64,000 nt of DNA, taken from positions 32,001-96,000 of the forward strand of contig JBPCLP010000013.1 in NCBI GenBank assembly GCA_051003195.1, read 5' to 3'. A program made the translations under genes and the position numbers. Positions 1 through 9,147 of this stretch are shown here, piece by piece. Numbering within the stretch: the first letter of the stretch is position 1; each line of letters starts with the position of its first letter. A model generated the notes under the pieces. The model searched no databases. It was not told where the DNA came from and worked only from the letters and a program-made list of their open reading frames with translations. Source of the DNA: Candidatus Sumerlaeaceae bacterium. GTDB taxonomy: Bacteria > Sumerlaeota > Sumerlaeia > Sumerlaeales > Sumerlaeaceae.

Positions 1-316
1 ATACGTTCGACGTGAATGAAACTATCAGGTTGTCGATCCTGGATTCATCCCGCACAAAGTAGCTGACCACCAAATGCGGTGATGTTACGAAGAACTGAGA
101 TGGCGGCGTCAACCGAAGAAGCAGAGGCGGGCAGAGCGAGTGGACGCATAAAAATACAAACGGGACAGCCTGATTGGCGAGGCTGGCGCGTTGCGGTCTG
201 CCGAGTGGCTGCTGTCCAGTGGCCGGATTCACCTCCGTAATTCTGAGAGGTGCCGTCGCGGCCACAGCGGCAGATAAGGTGGCTGCCAAAATGCCATTGA
301 GTAAGTGCTTTAACAT
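1..316 (-). CDS. partial putative exported protein (runs off window start)
   Basis: Manual translation from ATG at 316 (GGAG upstream): MLKHLLNGILAATLSAAVAATAPLRITEVNPATGQ...; signal-peptide-like N-terminus; frame open to position 1; not in ORF track. Confidence 0.4.
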   Translation of the reverse strand, partial: MLKHLLNGILAATLSAAVAATAPLRITEVNPATGQQPLGRPQRASLANQAVPFVFLCVHSLCPPLLLRLTPPSQFFVTSPHLVVSYFVRDESRIDNLIVSFTSNV

Positions 317-483
317 CTATGTCTCCGTACGCGAGTTCTGCCAACCACGTATCATAGGGAGAGAAGCGGCGCAGAATTGCAGCTATAAATGGACACGGTT
401 GATGAACTGTCCGGCAAAGGGCAGTGTGGGCGACTTGCTGTGGGTGGCAGAGAAGTGATGGATTTACCGGAGGGAATCGGCAT

Positions 484-1071
484 ATGAACAAGATGCTTAA
501 AGAGTTTCGCGAGTTCGCGATGAAGGGAAGCGTCGTCGACCTGGCGGTTGGTTTAATCGTGGGCGGTGCTTTTGGCAAGATCGTCGATTCACTGGTGAAG
601 GACATCCTGATGCCACCCATAGGTGTAATACTGAAGGGCGTGGATTTTTCAAATCTTAAACTTGTGCTGCTGCCAGGCACATCACCAACGGTGACAACCA
701 GTACGCAGGTGATGCCGCAGGTTCTTTCGGGCACTGTTACAACTTCAGGTACCACGGTGACTGAATTATTTACCACAACAACTGCGACCGCGGTAACAAG
801 CGTGGGAAAGGCCGCTGAGGAGGTGGCTATCCGTTATGGACTATTCCTGAACACTTTGATCCATTTTCTGATTGTTTCGTTCGCAGTTTATCTACTTGTG
901 AAGCAGATTAACAGATTAAAGCAGCAACTTGAGAAGCCCACGCCGACAACACGCGAGTGCCCACGATGTACGTCGCTGATTGCGCTTAGAGCCACGCGCT
1001 GCCCTCAGTGCACGGCGGATATCGATGCCGGGCTGCCGGAACATAGCGTGCCTGTGGAGACCCCGACGTAG
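484..1071 (+). CDS. mscL: large-conductance mechanosensitive channel with Thr-rich loop and C-terminal CxxC...CxxC
   Basis: [44 protein letters not shown] and [19 protein letters not shown] are MscL signatures; C-terminal CPRC...CPQC. Confidence 0.95.
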   Translation: MNKMLKEFREFAMKGSVVDLAVGLIVGGAFGKIVDSLVKDILMPPIGVILKGVDFSNLKLVLLPGTSPTVTTSTQVMPQVLSGTVTTSGTTVTELFTTTTATAVTSVGKAAEEVAIRYGLFLNTLIHFLIVSFAVYLLVKQINRLKQQLEKPTPTTRECPRCTSLIALRATRCPQCTADIDAGLPEHSVPVETPT

Positions 1072-1175
1072 CATAAAACTGAGTCATTGCGGTCGTGGTG
1101 GCACCGAAAATGCTCCTTTTTCGGGGCATTGCAACAATGCGGGCTACCCGCTTGCAAAAAACTGGAGGATGTCTC

Positions 1176-1436
1176 ATGAAGAGAAGCTTAATGCTGGCCC
1201 TGGTGGCCGGCGCTGCCCTTGCTGTACCCGCCATTGGCGGAGCATGTCCTGGACACCAGCATCATTACACCGGTGGCTATGGCTATTCCAGAGGCCCATG
1301 CGTGGCCCCGCGCCCTGTATGCCAGCCTGTGTGCCGGCCAGCGTGCCCGCCACCTGTCTGTCGCCCTGTGTGCAATCCGTGCGACCCGTGCGGCCGCTCA
1401 GGCTTGCTCGGCCTCGGAATTCTTGGAATTCTCTGA
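1176..1436 (+). CDS. small exported Cys/Pro-rich protein (86 aa)
   Basis: GGAGG RBS before ATG 1176; signal peptide MKRSLMLALVAGAALAVPAIGGA; 9 Cys mostly in PxC units; hydrophobic tail GLLGLGILGIL. Confidence 0.75.
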   Translation: MKRSLMLALVAGAALAVPAIGGACPGHQHHYTGGYGYSRGPCVAPRPVCQPVCRPACPPPVCRPVCNPCDPCGRSGLLGLGILGIL

Positions 1437-1450
1437 CCAGGCAGTAAGCT

Positions 1451-1497
1451 AAAGCCTGCCGCGTGCGTGGCCCGTGTGGCCGCCGCGCGGCTTTTCA
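1451..1497. terminator. probable terminator hairpin between convergent genes
   Basis: Imperfect GC-rich stem (gccgcgtgcg...cgcgcggc) followed by TTTT; lies between stops at 1436 (+) and 1520 (-). Confidence 0.5.
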
Positions 1498-1519
1498 ATT
1501 ATTAGCGGGTTACGGGCGA

Positions 1520-2035
1520 TCAATCGTCGTGCCGTCGAGGCCCTTTTCGCCTGCGGCCGCCGAATCTGCGGTTTTTGAAGGTAATCATCTCGATTAACTG
1601 ACGACGGTCTTGTGCGGCAATGCGACGCTCGGAGAGAGCACGACGGTCCGGCCCGGAATATGTCGGCACCTCGATCCGGGGGCGATTATCCGAGGGATCA
1701 CGGGTCCTTCGATCGTACGAACGTGGTATATCGGCAGAGTGCGCCATGTGCATCCTGGCGCGGTTTGCGCGGACTTTCTGCAGCTCGGTGTCTTGAATCA
1801 ACTTTTTAACAGCGATTGCGCCGCCCGACAATCCTACCGCTTTTATGAACAGTGTCTTTCCGTGAGTATGGATGAATTCGACCAGTATTCGATGCTGACG
1901 GTCGATAACGCCGGAGACCGGAAGCCCTAAATGCGTAAGCAGATGCTTAATATCGCCATCCGGTTTGGCTTTCGCATACACGACACCTTTTACATCTTCA
2001 CCAAAGCGGCCGTAAAACTTATCAATCGTCTTCAT
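1520..2035 (-). CDS. hypothetical protein with Arg-rich DRR/ERR repeat tail
   Basis: Starts MKTIDKFYGRF; C-terminus contains YDRR, YSGPDRR, SERR, QDRR, NRR. Confidence 0.7.
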   Translation of the reverse strand: MKTIDKFYGRFGEDVKGVVYAKAKPDGDIKHLLTHLGLPVSGVIDRQHRILVEFIHTHGKTLFIKAVGLSGGAIAVKKLIQDTELQKVRANRARMHMAHSADIPRSYDRRTRDPSDNRPRIEVPTYSGPDRRALSERRIAAQDRRQLIEMITFKNRRFGGRRRKGPRRHDD

Positions 2036-2069
2036 CGGTGGTGAATTGGAACTTGATCTTTGACTGAGC

Positions 2070-3026
2070 TCAAGAGGAACTCGTCGGGGCCTGAAGTGTC
2101 GCCTGGTCTTCGGTGCGCAGGATGCGGACACGTAGCGCCTTGGGCACGATGCGGTAAACGATCGGCAACTGAAGTTTTATTGTTTCGCCGTCGCATGATA
2201 CTCGCACGTACGTACGATGTTTGACGAAGACAACAAGCTGCTGCAGGCGATGCTCGCTGAGAACAGGGCAGTCCTCGCTGCGACCGCGCAGGAATGCGAC
2301 GGCCGCGCGGAGCGTCGCCCAGACGGTTCCCTCTTTAACGACAAACAGCTGCAACTGGCCGGCGTCCAGACGCGGTCGCTGCCCCGCCGACCAGAAACCC
2401 TTTTCGACCGCGTTGTTGGAGACAAAGACCAGGCCGGCATGGAAGGGTTGGCCGCCTTCTTCCTGGCTGAGTTGAACTTTAATGCGGACAGGATGGCGCA
2501 GGAACTCGAAGGCAGCGACTAGATAAGCCATCCATTTCCCCAGCACGTGTTGGCGCTTTTCGCGCCGGCGGACCAGATACGGGTAAAGTCCCAAACTCGA
2601 GTTGTTGATGAAGTGGCGCCCATTGACGGAGCCGACATCGATCAGGATTTCCTGCGCGATTGATGAATCGAGCGCTCGGGCGGCAATCACGGGATCGAGC
2701 GGAGTGCCGACGTCTTTGCAGAAGTGATTTAACGTGCCGTAGGGAATCGGAACGAGTGCGGTGTCTGTGCCGACAAGCAGGTGGGCAACAGAGCTGATGG
2801 TGCCATCGCCGCCGGCGACTCCAATTGCCGAAGTTCCGGATGCGATCCACTGCCTGACAAGTTGCGTGAGGTCGTCCTTCGGTGATATCAGATGTACGTG
2901 AATCCCGGCGATGGAATTGACCGAAGACAGCAACTCCTCGTTCGAGCCAATCTTGCCTGCACTACCGGCATTTGGATTGACCAACAGGACAATGGCGCCG
3001 GCTTTCATCTGTGGCTGGAGACCCAT
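2070..3026 (-). CDS. diacylglycerol/lipid kinase family protein (YegS/BmrU-like)
   Basis: NPNAG, GGDGT, PYGTLNHF, FINNSSLG and DGE motifs. Confidence 0.9.
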   Translation of the reverse strand: MGLQPQMKAGAIVLLVNPNAGSAGKIGSNEELLSSVNSIAGIHVHLISPKDDLTQLVRQWIASGTSAIGVAGGDGTISSVAHLLVGTDTALVPIPYGTLNHFCKDVGTPLDPVIAARALDSSIAQEILIDVGSVNGRHFINNSSLGLYPYLVRRREKRQHVLGKWMAYLVAAFEFLRHPVRIKVQLSQEEGGQPFHAGLVFVSNNAVEKGFWSAGQRPRLDAGQLQLFVVKEGTVWATLRAAVAFLRGRSEDCPVLSEHRLQQLVVFVKHRTYVRVSCDGETIKLQLPIVYRIVPKALRVRILRTEDQATLQAPTSSS

Positions 3027-3256
3027 GCTAGCATGATGACCCGCCGCGCCCGTTCGAGATATGTGTCGGGTACGTAGGAATCACTCATAAGACCTACCGG
3101 AGCACCCCGGGTGCCAGTTTGCATCATCGTGACGAAACACTACCGCTGATGTAAGTTTTGTTACAGCTCAGGCGACATAGAGCGAGTCATGAGCAACCGT
3201 CCGGTCTGTTTCGAGTTGGACAGGCGGCAATATGTGTCTACATAAGTTAATCCAAA

Positions 3257-3946
3257 GTGAGTGTCAGATTGAAGCGATTAGAAAAAAAGCATCCGCTGGC
3301 CATCCGCTGGTTTCACTGGGTGAATTTTCCTGTGCTGGCGCTGATGATCTGGAGCGGACTGCAGATCTACTGGGCGAATGACGTGTACAAGATCACTGCG
3401 GGCAGCCGTGAGGTGTTCCACTTTTTTCCCGATGGATTTTACGAGAAGCTTCGTCTGACCCACCGACTGGCAGAAGGCATGGCATGGCACTTCGCGCTGA
3501 TGTGGATATTCATTATTAATGGACTGTTGTACGTGTTGTATACGGCTTTTTCCGGCGAGTGGCGCTACCTGCTCCCGAACCGCAACACTTTGCGCGACGC
3601 ATGGCAGGTCGTGCTGCACGATCTGCACATCCGAAAGCAGCCGCTGCCCGTGCGAAAATTTAATGGTGCGCAGCAGATCGCATACACGGGCGTGATTCTA
3701 ATGGGGGCGGGATCACTACTGACAGGGCTGGCGATTTATAAACCCGTGCAGCTTAGCTGGCTGGCATGGCTGCTCGGCGGCTATGAGGCGGCGCGGCTGG
3801 AACATTTCCTACTGACGGTTGGCTATGTTGCATTTTTTATCATCCACGTGCTGCAGGTGATCAGAGCCGGGTGGAACAATTTCCGCGCGATGGTGATCGG
3901 TGTCGAAGTGGTAGACGTGCCGCCAACACACGAGAGCGTTCAATGA
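3257..3946 (+). CDS. cytochrome b/b6-domain membrane subunit
   Basis: HPLAIRWFHW, WHF and EHF...IIHV His-bearing TM helices; KFNGAQQIAY. Confidence 0.85.
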   Translation: MSVRLKRLEKKHPLAIRWFHWVNFPVLALMIWSGLQIYWANDVYKITAGSREVFHFFPDGFYEKLRLTHRLAEGMAWHFALMWIFIINGLLYVLYTAFSGEWRYLLPNRNTLRDAWQVVLHDLHIRKQPLPVRKFNGAQQIAYTGVILMGAGSLLTGLAIYKPVQLSWLAWLLGGYEAARLEHFLLTVGYVAFFIIHVLQVIRAGWNNFRAMVIGVEVVDVPPTHESVQ

Positions 3947-4767
3947 GCGACGACCCTGAACCGGTCCCGGGAAGTCCAGGTTCAGAAAAGCATGGAAGCG
4001 CATGCGACGAGGAAATATACCGCCGGGTGCGGCGTCTGTCCCGGCGTGGTTTTCTGGTAGCAGGCGCCGCGGCAATAACGGGCGCGGCGGGTTATCAATG
4101 GCTTCGCACGCGGCCGGCTGAAGACGGAATTCCGTGGCCGCTGCGGCGCATGCACGAGCTCAATGAAGCACTGGCGACTACGTTGTCTTCTCCGCAGCGG
4201 CTTGCACCGGAATATGCACGCAGACAATCCCGCATGCCTCGCGTGAATGGCGTGATTGGCTTGAGCGATGATATAGAAGATGGGGCGTGGCGATTAAACC
4301 TGATCGGTGCGGCGGACCCCCTGGTCCCGATCAGGTTATCGATGGACGACATTAAATCGATGCCGCGAGTGGACATGGTGACACGGCTGTGTTGTATCGA
4401 AGGATGGAGTGAAATCGTGCACTGGAGCGGCGCCCGGCTGGCGGACCTTGTGCTGCGGTACCCGGTGCTTCTTGGGAAAAACGGATCGAATGGCGTCGCC
4501 GAGGCACGTTATTTGTCCGTTGAAACGCCGGACCAGGAGTACTTCGTAGGCCTGGACCTGAAAAGCGCCCTGCATCCTCAGACACTCCTATGCTACGAAA
4601 TGAATGGCGCAGCCCTGGAGCCGGAGCATGGTGCGCCTTTACGTTTGGCTATCCCTCACAAGTACGGAATCAAGAACCTGAAGTGCGTGGGCACTTTGGC
4701 ATTTGTGCACGAACGCCCGGATGACTACTGGGGCATGCGAGGGTATGACTTTTACTCCGGGCTTTGA
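3943..4767 (+). CDS. molybdopterin-dependent oxidoreductase (sulfite oxidase/MsrP-like), Tat-exported
   Basis: ATGA overlap with upstream gene; SRRGFL twin-Arg motif; CIEGWS, HPQTLLCYEMNG and HGAPLRL..P.KYGIKNLK. Confidence 0.88.
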   Translation: MSDDPEPVPGSPGSEKHGSACDEEIYRRVRRLSRRGFLVAGAAAITGAAGYQWLRTRPAEDGIPWPLRRMHELNEALATTLSSPQRLAPEYARRQSRMPRVNGVIGLSDDIEDGAWRLNLIGAADPLVPIRLSMDDIKSMPRVDMVTRLCCIEGWSEIVHWSGARLADLVLRYPVLLGKNGSNGVAEARYLSVETPDQEYFVGLDLKSALHPQTLLCYEMNGAALEPEHGAPLRLAIPHKYGIKNLKCVGTLAFVHERPDDYWGMRGYDFYSGL

Positions 4768-5028
4768 TGTACAGCTTCCATCGCGGTGACGATCTCGGCT
4801 TTTTTCTCCGGGGGCAGTGTGTATGCCGGTGAAGCTATTGCCGCTGAGGCAATGGCTTTGTGTAGATTGCGCGTGGCGAGACGCATTTGAACTTTGGTCG
4901 ACACTCCAACTGTGGATCTTACATGGAGAAGTGTTTTCACAGCAGGTTATATAAACCGGGGTTCAATCGACCCATGAACGTAATTAACCATTGCGTCACC
5001 CCAACAGTGTCTTTATCGGTGTGGGTTC

Positions 5029-5496
5029 ATGCCGAAGCCACTTATTGATGGGGTGCGTACCAAGCGCCTGACCGTACACGCGGATGAGCGTGGCCACCTG
5101 ATGGAAATGCTGCGCAGTGATGATGAAATTTATAGTCGATTCGGACAGGTGTACATGACGACCGCTTACCCCGGCGTCGTGAAAGCGTGGCATTACCACA
5201 AGGTGCAGACAGATCATTTTGTGTGCGTGCACGGGATGATGAAGGTGGTGCTGTACGATCCGCGGGACGGGTCGTCGACCAAGGGGCAGGTAAATGAGTT
5301 TTTTATTGGAACGCATAACCCGCTTTTAGTCCAGATTCCGCCGGGTGTGTATCACGGCTTTAAGTGCATCTCGGATCACGAAGCGATTATCGTAAACACG
5401 CCAACTGAGCGGTATAACTACAGTGAGCCCGACGAGCACCGGATTCCTGCACACTCAGACGAGGTGCCGTACGACTGGTCGCGGAAAGACGGCTGA
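5029..5496 (+). CDS. dTDP-4-dehydrorhamnose 3,5-epimerase family (RmlC-like cupin)
   Basis: DERGHLME, PGVVKAWHYH, IPPGVYHGF. Confidence 0.88.
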   Translation: MPKPLIDGVRTKRLTVHADERGHLMEMLRSDDEIYSRFGQVYMTTAYPGVVKAWHYHKVQTDHFVCVHGMMKVVLYDPRDGSSTKGQVNEFFIGTHNPLLVQIPPGVYHGFKCISDHEAIIVNTPTERYNYSEPDEHRIPAHSDEVPYDWSRKDG

Positions 5497-5646
5497 ATGT
5501 TTAGGGTAGCGCTTGCCTTTACAGGCGCGGCACGAACGTCTCGAGAGCTTGGATCCAACCGTCTAAGCGCGGCGCAACTGCGTCCATTCAGGTGTTTGCA
5601 TTTTTGGGCCCCATTGTTGCAAGATGCTGGTGCAGGAACTTCTTGA

Positions 5647-6393
5647 ATGGACCAGCAGACACTCCGGGTACGCGCGCGAAATCCTTTCCTGCTGCGTATC
5701 GCACGCCAGTTGTCGATTCTGCTTATCCTGCTGCTTGCGGGCTATGGGATCTATAAATTGATTAATCCCATACCGCGAACGGCAGAACCGGGTTCGCTCC
5801 GGCGCACCGAGACGATCGTTAATACGCTTCCGCCGATCAGCCGCAGTGAGATTGTCTCGCAATTCAAGCTGGTGACGGTCGAGCGCCAGTACCGAATTCC
5901 GGTGATCGGCACAACCTACAAGCCAATGCCGAACCCCCAGCGCGATGGGGCAATGGGGCGTGTTTCGCAGGCGCTGTTCGGCAAGCGTGAACGCGTGCCC
6001 GGCACGACGCAGAACCTGGTATATGAAATGGTCACAACCGTGACGGCCGGGATTGATTTATCTTCCCTGCAGGACAGCGATATCGTAAACGGTGAACGCG
6101 AGACGACGATCACCCTTCCGGCGGTCGAGGTACTTTCGGTCAGCCATGACTCGACGAAGAGCAAGATCTTCAGCCAGGAATCACCCAATATGCCGTATGT
6201 CGGCAATGCCGCGACTCTCCTGACGGACATGCAGAAGCGTGGGGAGATTCGGCACTGGGAGGAAGCACGTAAAGACGATGCGCTACTTTACCGCGCTCGT
6301 GTTACCGCGGAGCAGGACCTGCAGAAATTGCTGGGCCCCACACACCCGGGCCGACAGATTCATTTTGTTTTCAGGACCCGCGCAACTCCTTAG
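5647..6393 (+). CDS. membrane-anchored DUF4230-like protein
   Basis: N-terminal TM; KLVTVE, VTAGIDLS and ITLPAVEVLSV patterns. Confidence 0.65.
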   Translation: MDQQTLRVRARNPFLLRIARQLSILLILLLAGYGIYKLINPIPRTAEPGSLRRTETIVNTLPPISRSEIVSQFKLVTVERQYRIPVIGTTYKPMPNPQRDGAMGRVSQALFGKRERVPGTTQNLVYEMVTTVTAGIDLSSLQDSDIVNGERETTITLPAVEVLSVSHDSTKSKIFSQESPNMPYVGNAATLLTDMQKRGEIRHWEEARKDDALLYRARVTAEQDLQKLLGPTHPGRQIHFVFRTRATP

Positions 6394-6588
6394 CTGCGAA
6401 TACCCAACAGAAACGCAATTGGCCGGGGATCTGTCAGAAAAAAAGCCTCAGCCCTTCGGCTGATTCTACCGCTGGCCGGGCAACATTAAGGAGGACATAC
6501 AGTCCGACGTAATCCTCGTGGTCGGTCGTTATGTTTTACGCGGAAAACTTCTTGCCCCGTCTGACTGTCAGACCAGAGAATTCAGCTC

Positions 6589-7686
6589 ATGGCAAGCTTA
6601 GAAGACTTTCGTTCTCAGATCGACGATATAGATCGTCAGATTGTGGCGCTGCTGGATCGCCGCGCGGGAGTGGCCAAGGAGATAGGAGCAGCCAAGTCGC
6701 AGGAGGGACGTACCAAGTTCTACGATGCGTCGCGCCAGAAGAAGGTTGTGGAGAACGCAATCGCGGCGGGGAGCGGCGCCTTCCCTGCCGAGGCTCTTCG
6801 CAATGTTTTTGTCGAGATCATGTCCGCTTCGCTGGCCCTGGAGCGCGCTCCAACGGTGGGATTCCTCGGCCCCGAAGGCACGTACAGTCACGAGGCAGCG
6901 CTCGGTGAATTTGGGAATTCTGTTACGCTGCAGCCGTTCGATTCCGTGTACGACATTTTCTTCGCGGTGGACCGCGACTGGGCCGATTATGGCGTAATCC
7001 CGATCGAGAACTCGACGGGCGGCGTCATCCACACGCACCTGGATATGTTCATCACGTTTACCGAGTTGCTCATCTGCAGCGAGATCGATCTCGGCATTCA
7101 CCTGAACCTGATATCCCGCAATCCTCTTGATCGCATTAAAACAATCTATTCGAAGGCGGAGCCGTTCCAGCAGTGCCAGGTGTGGCTGAAGGAAAATCTG
7201 CCGCAGGTACAGCTGATCGAAGTGGGCGCGACGGTTAAGGGTGTGGAGATGGCAAAAGACAGGGATTACGCCGCCGCGATTGGCAGCGAGATTGCCGCGA
7301 GGAAATACAATGTGCCGATCGTGGCCTCGCACATCGAGGATATGAAGGACAACACTACACGGTTTGTGGTCATCGGAAAACAGAAGAGCCCGCCCACGGG
7401 GAACGACAAGACCAGCTTGATGATCAGCATCAAGGATCGGCCGGGTGCGCTGTACGAACTGCTGCAGCCCATGCATGACCAGGGCATCAACCTGACTAAA
7501 ATCGAAAGCCGGCCGACGCGCATCAAGGCGTGGGACCTGGTGTTCTTTATCGATATGTTGGGACATGCCGAAGATAAGGCCATTTCCCAGAGCCTCGAGC
7601 TGCTTCGTGAGCGCGCAGCCAGCCTGCGGGTGATGGGCAGCTATCCGCGTGACGCGCGAATGATCAAACGGAGCGCCGCTGAATAG
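6589..7686 (+). CDS. pheA: chorismate mutase / prephenate dehydratase (P-protein)
   Basis: LEDFRSQIDDIDRQIVALL (CM); FLGPEGTYS, PIENS, NTTRF (PDT); NLTKIESRP (ACT). Confidence 0.96.
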   Translation: MASLEDFRSQIDDIDRQIVALLDRRAGVAKEIGAAKSQEGRTKFYDASRQKKVVENAIAAGSGAFPAEALRNVFVEIMSASLALERAPTVGFLGPEGTYSHEAALGEFGNSVTLQPFDSVYDIFFAVDRDWADYGVIPIENSTGGVIHTHLDMFITFTELLICSEIDLGIHLNLISRNPLDRIKTIYSKAEPFQQCQVWLKENLPQVQLIEVGATVKGVEMAKDRDYAAAIGSEIAARKYNVPIVASHIEDMKDNTTRFVVIGKQKSPPTGNDKTSLMISIKDRPGALYELLQPMHDQGINLTKIESRPTRIKAWDLVFFIDMLGHAEDKAISQSLELLRERAASLRVMGSYPRDARMIKRSAAE

Positions 7687-7695
7687 CGCATTCGT

Positions 7696-8358
7696 GTGAA
7701 GCACGAACACCGCGCATGGAGCCCGCAGTGGCTGGAGTATAGCGGGTTACCGCAGTTGCTCGCCGAAAAGGTCCGCGGTGGCGCGGGCTGGCCTGTCTTC
7801 AAGAAAATCGTCGAGCTGGATTGCGCGGTTAATTCCGAGCCGGGAACCGTCGAGGCAACTTTGGTGGAACTCGGCGCGCGCTGCGGAGTGGAAGCCCCGG
7901 CAGTCCGCAAGGCGCTGTTGTCGCTCCGCAAGCTTAAGCTGATAGCGGTGTTCCTGCCGGACGACGATGAAGAAGTCGCGCTTATTAAACTGCGAACGCC
8001 CCTGCAAACCCCGGTTACCGTGCAGCAGATCAAAGACGCGCATGCCCGAATTTTCGCTGATACTCCTCAGCATTTTCGGTACGTGGACGACTATGAACCG
8101 TCAACGGAGGAGACTACAGCGACGGACCCGCTTCTGCAGGAAATCGTGGATCTGTATTTTAACGCGGTCGGGCTGAAAATGAACGCTTTCGTACTGGACG
8201 AGCTGCGGCTGGTGCGACAACGTTTCCCGTCTGAGATGGTGCGCCGGACGTTCCGGCGCGCGCAACAGAACGAAATTAGAAGCCTGCACTGGGTAGTGCA
8301 GGAACTGGTGAGGCAGAAGAAAAAGAGTGACGAGGAAAGCGGCAGCGAAAGCGCCTAA
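7696..8358 (+). CDS. DnaD-like / replisome-organiser protein (wHTH plus DnaD-like C-terminal domain)
   Basis: HTH-like TLVELGARCGVEAPAVRKALLSLRKLKLI; C-terminal EIVDLYFNAVG...DELR...RRAQQNEIRSLHWV resembles the DnaD/DnaB_2 domain; overlaps the loader ATPase gene. Confidence 0.6.
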   Translation: MKHEHRAWSPQWLEYSGLPQLLAEKVRGGAGWPVFKKIVELDCAVNSEPGTVEATLVELGARCGVEAPAVRKALLSLRKLKLIAVFLPDDDEEVALIKLRTPLQTPVTVQQIKDAHARIFADTPQHFRYVDDYEPSTEETTATDPLLQEIVDLYFNAVGLKMNAFVLDELRLVRQRFPSEMVRRTFRRAQQNEIRSLHWVVQELVRQKKKSDEESGSESA

Positions 8359-9037
8359 CGCGGCGGATGCCTGCCCGCAATGCAGCGGGCTTGGTTACTT
8401 GCTCACGCCGAAGGGTGCGGTCCCATGCCAGTGCCGGCAGCAGGCTGATCTGCAGAGAGCATTGGTACTCGCACGCATTCCGCGCAAATTCCTTGGAAAA
8501 TCACTGACAGGCTTTGCAGTAAAGAACCCTCGTCAGAAAGAGATCCTGCATTTTGCCAAAGACTTTCTGAAAACCTTTCGCGGCAACGAAGCAGATCATC
8601 CGGGTAAAGGTCTGCTGATGACAGGCAAAGAGGGTACGGGTAAAACTCACGTCGCGATTGCGATCCTTCGCGAAGTCATTGAGAAGGGTTACACCGGTCT
8701 TTACTGGAACGTGCCCGAACTGTTCCTGGAATTGCGCCGGCGCATGGATGAGAAGAGTGAAGAAAAAGAAGGTGAGTTGTTCGACCACGCAAAGCGCGTC
8801 GACCTGCTGGTGCTGGACGACCTGGGAGCGGAGCGCACGAGCGAGTACGTGCTGGACCGGCTTTATGTGCTTATTAACGGTAGATACCAGAATGATACGG
8901 CCACGATTATTACAACGAACCGGACAATCCCCGAGTTGAAGACGCAGATTGGGCCGCGCATCACGAGCCGAATTTGTGAGATGTGCATGTCGATCGAATT
9001 CCCCGAAGGGGATTACCGAACGCGGAACATGAAGTAG
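8327..9037 (+). CDS. DnaC/DnaI/IstB-like AAA+ helicase-loader ATPase
   Basis: CPQC...CQC Zn motif, Walker A GKEGTGKT, Walker B LLVLDDLGAE, TIITTN, RITSRICEM. Confidence 0.9.
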   Translation: MTRKAAAKAPNAADACPQCSGLGYLLTPKGAVPCQCRQQADLQRALVLARIPRKFLGKSLTGFAVKNPRQKEILHFAKDFLKTFRGNEADHPGKGLLMTGKEGTGKTHVAIAILREVIEKGYTGLYWNVPELFLELRRRMDEKSEEKEGELFDHAKRVDLLVLDDLGAERTSEYVLDRLYVLINGRYQNDTATIITTNRTIPELKTQIGPRITSRICEMCMSIEFPEGDYRTRNMK

Positions 9038-9147
9038 CCTGGCGCTGCAACCGCGCGTTGAACATAGGGGATTGCGGTCTCTGGCAGAATGCCGAAACCT
9101 TATAAAGTTATTGCGCGATGCCAACGCGCCTTTCACTTTGGGCGCTC

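Noticed and set aside
4752..4940. 62-aa minus-strand ORF
   Set aside because: No motif or clear RBS; could be real but cannot be supported
5509..5570. 62-nt span with GCGCTTG/TAAGCGC ends
   Set aside because: Stem of only 7 bp and no GTG...CAC ends; may be chance
6598..7710. 370-aa antisense ORF over pheA
   Set aside because: Shadow of a well-supported gene; no motifs; expected with GC-rich codon bias
8327..9037. IS21 element suggested by the IstB-like ATPase
   Set aside because: No IstA DDE transposase or terminal repeats seen; Zn finger and DnaD-like partner fit a helicase loader
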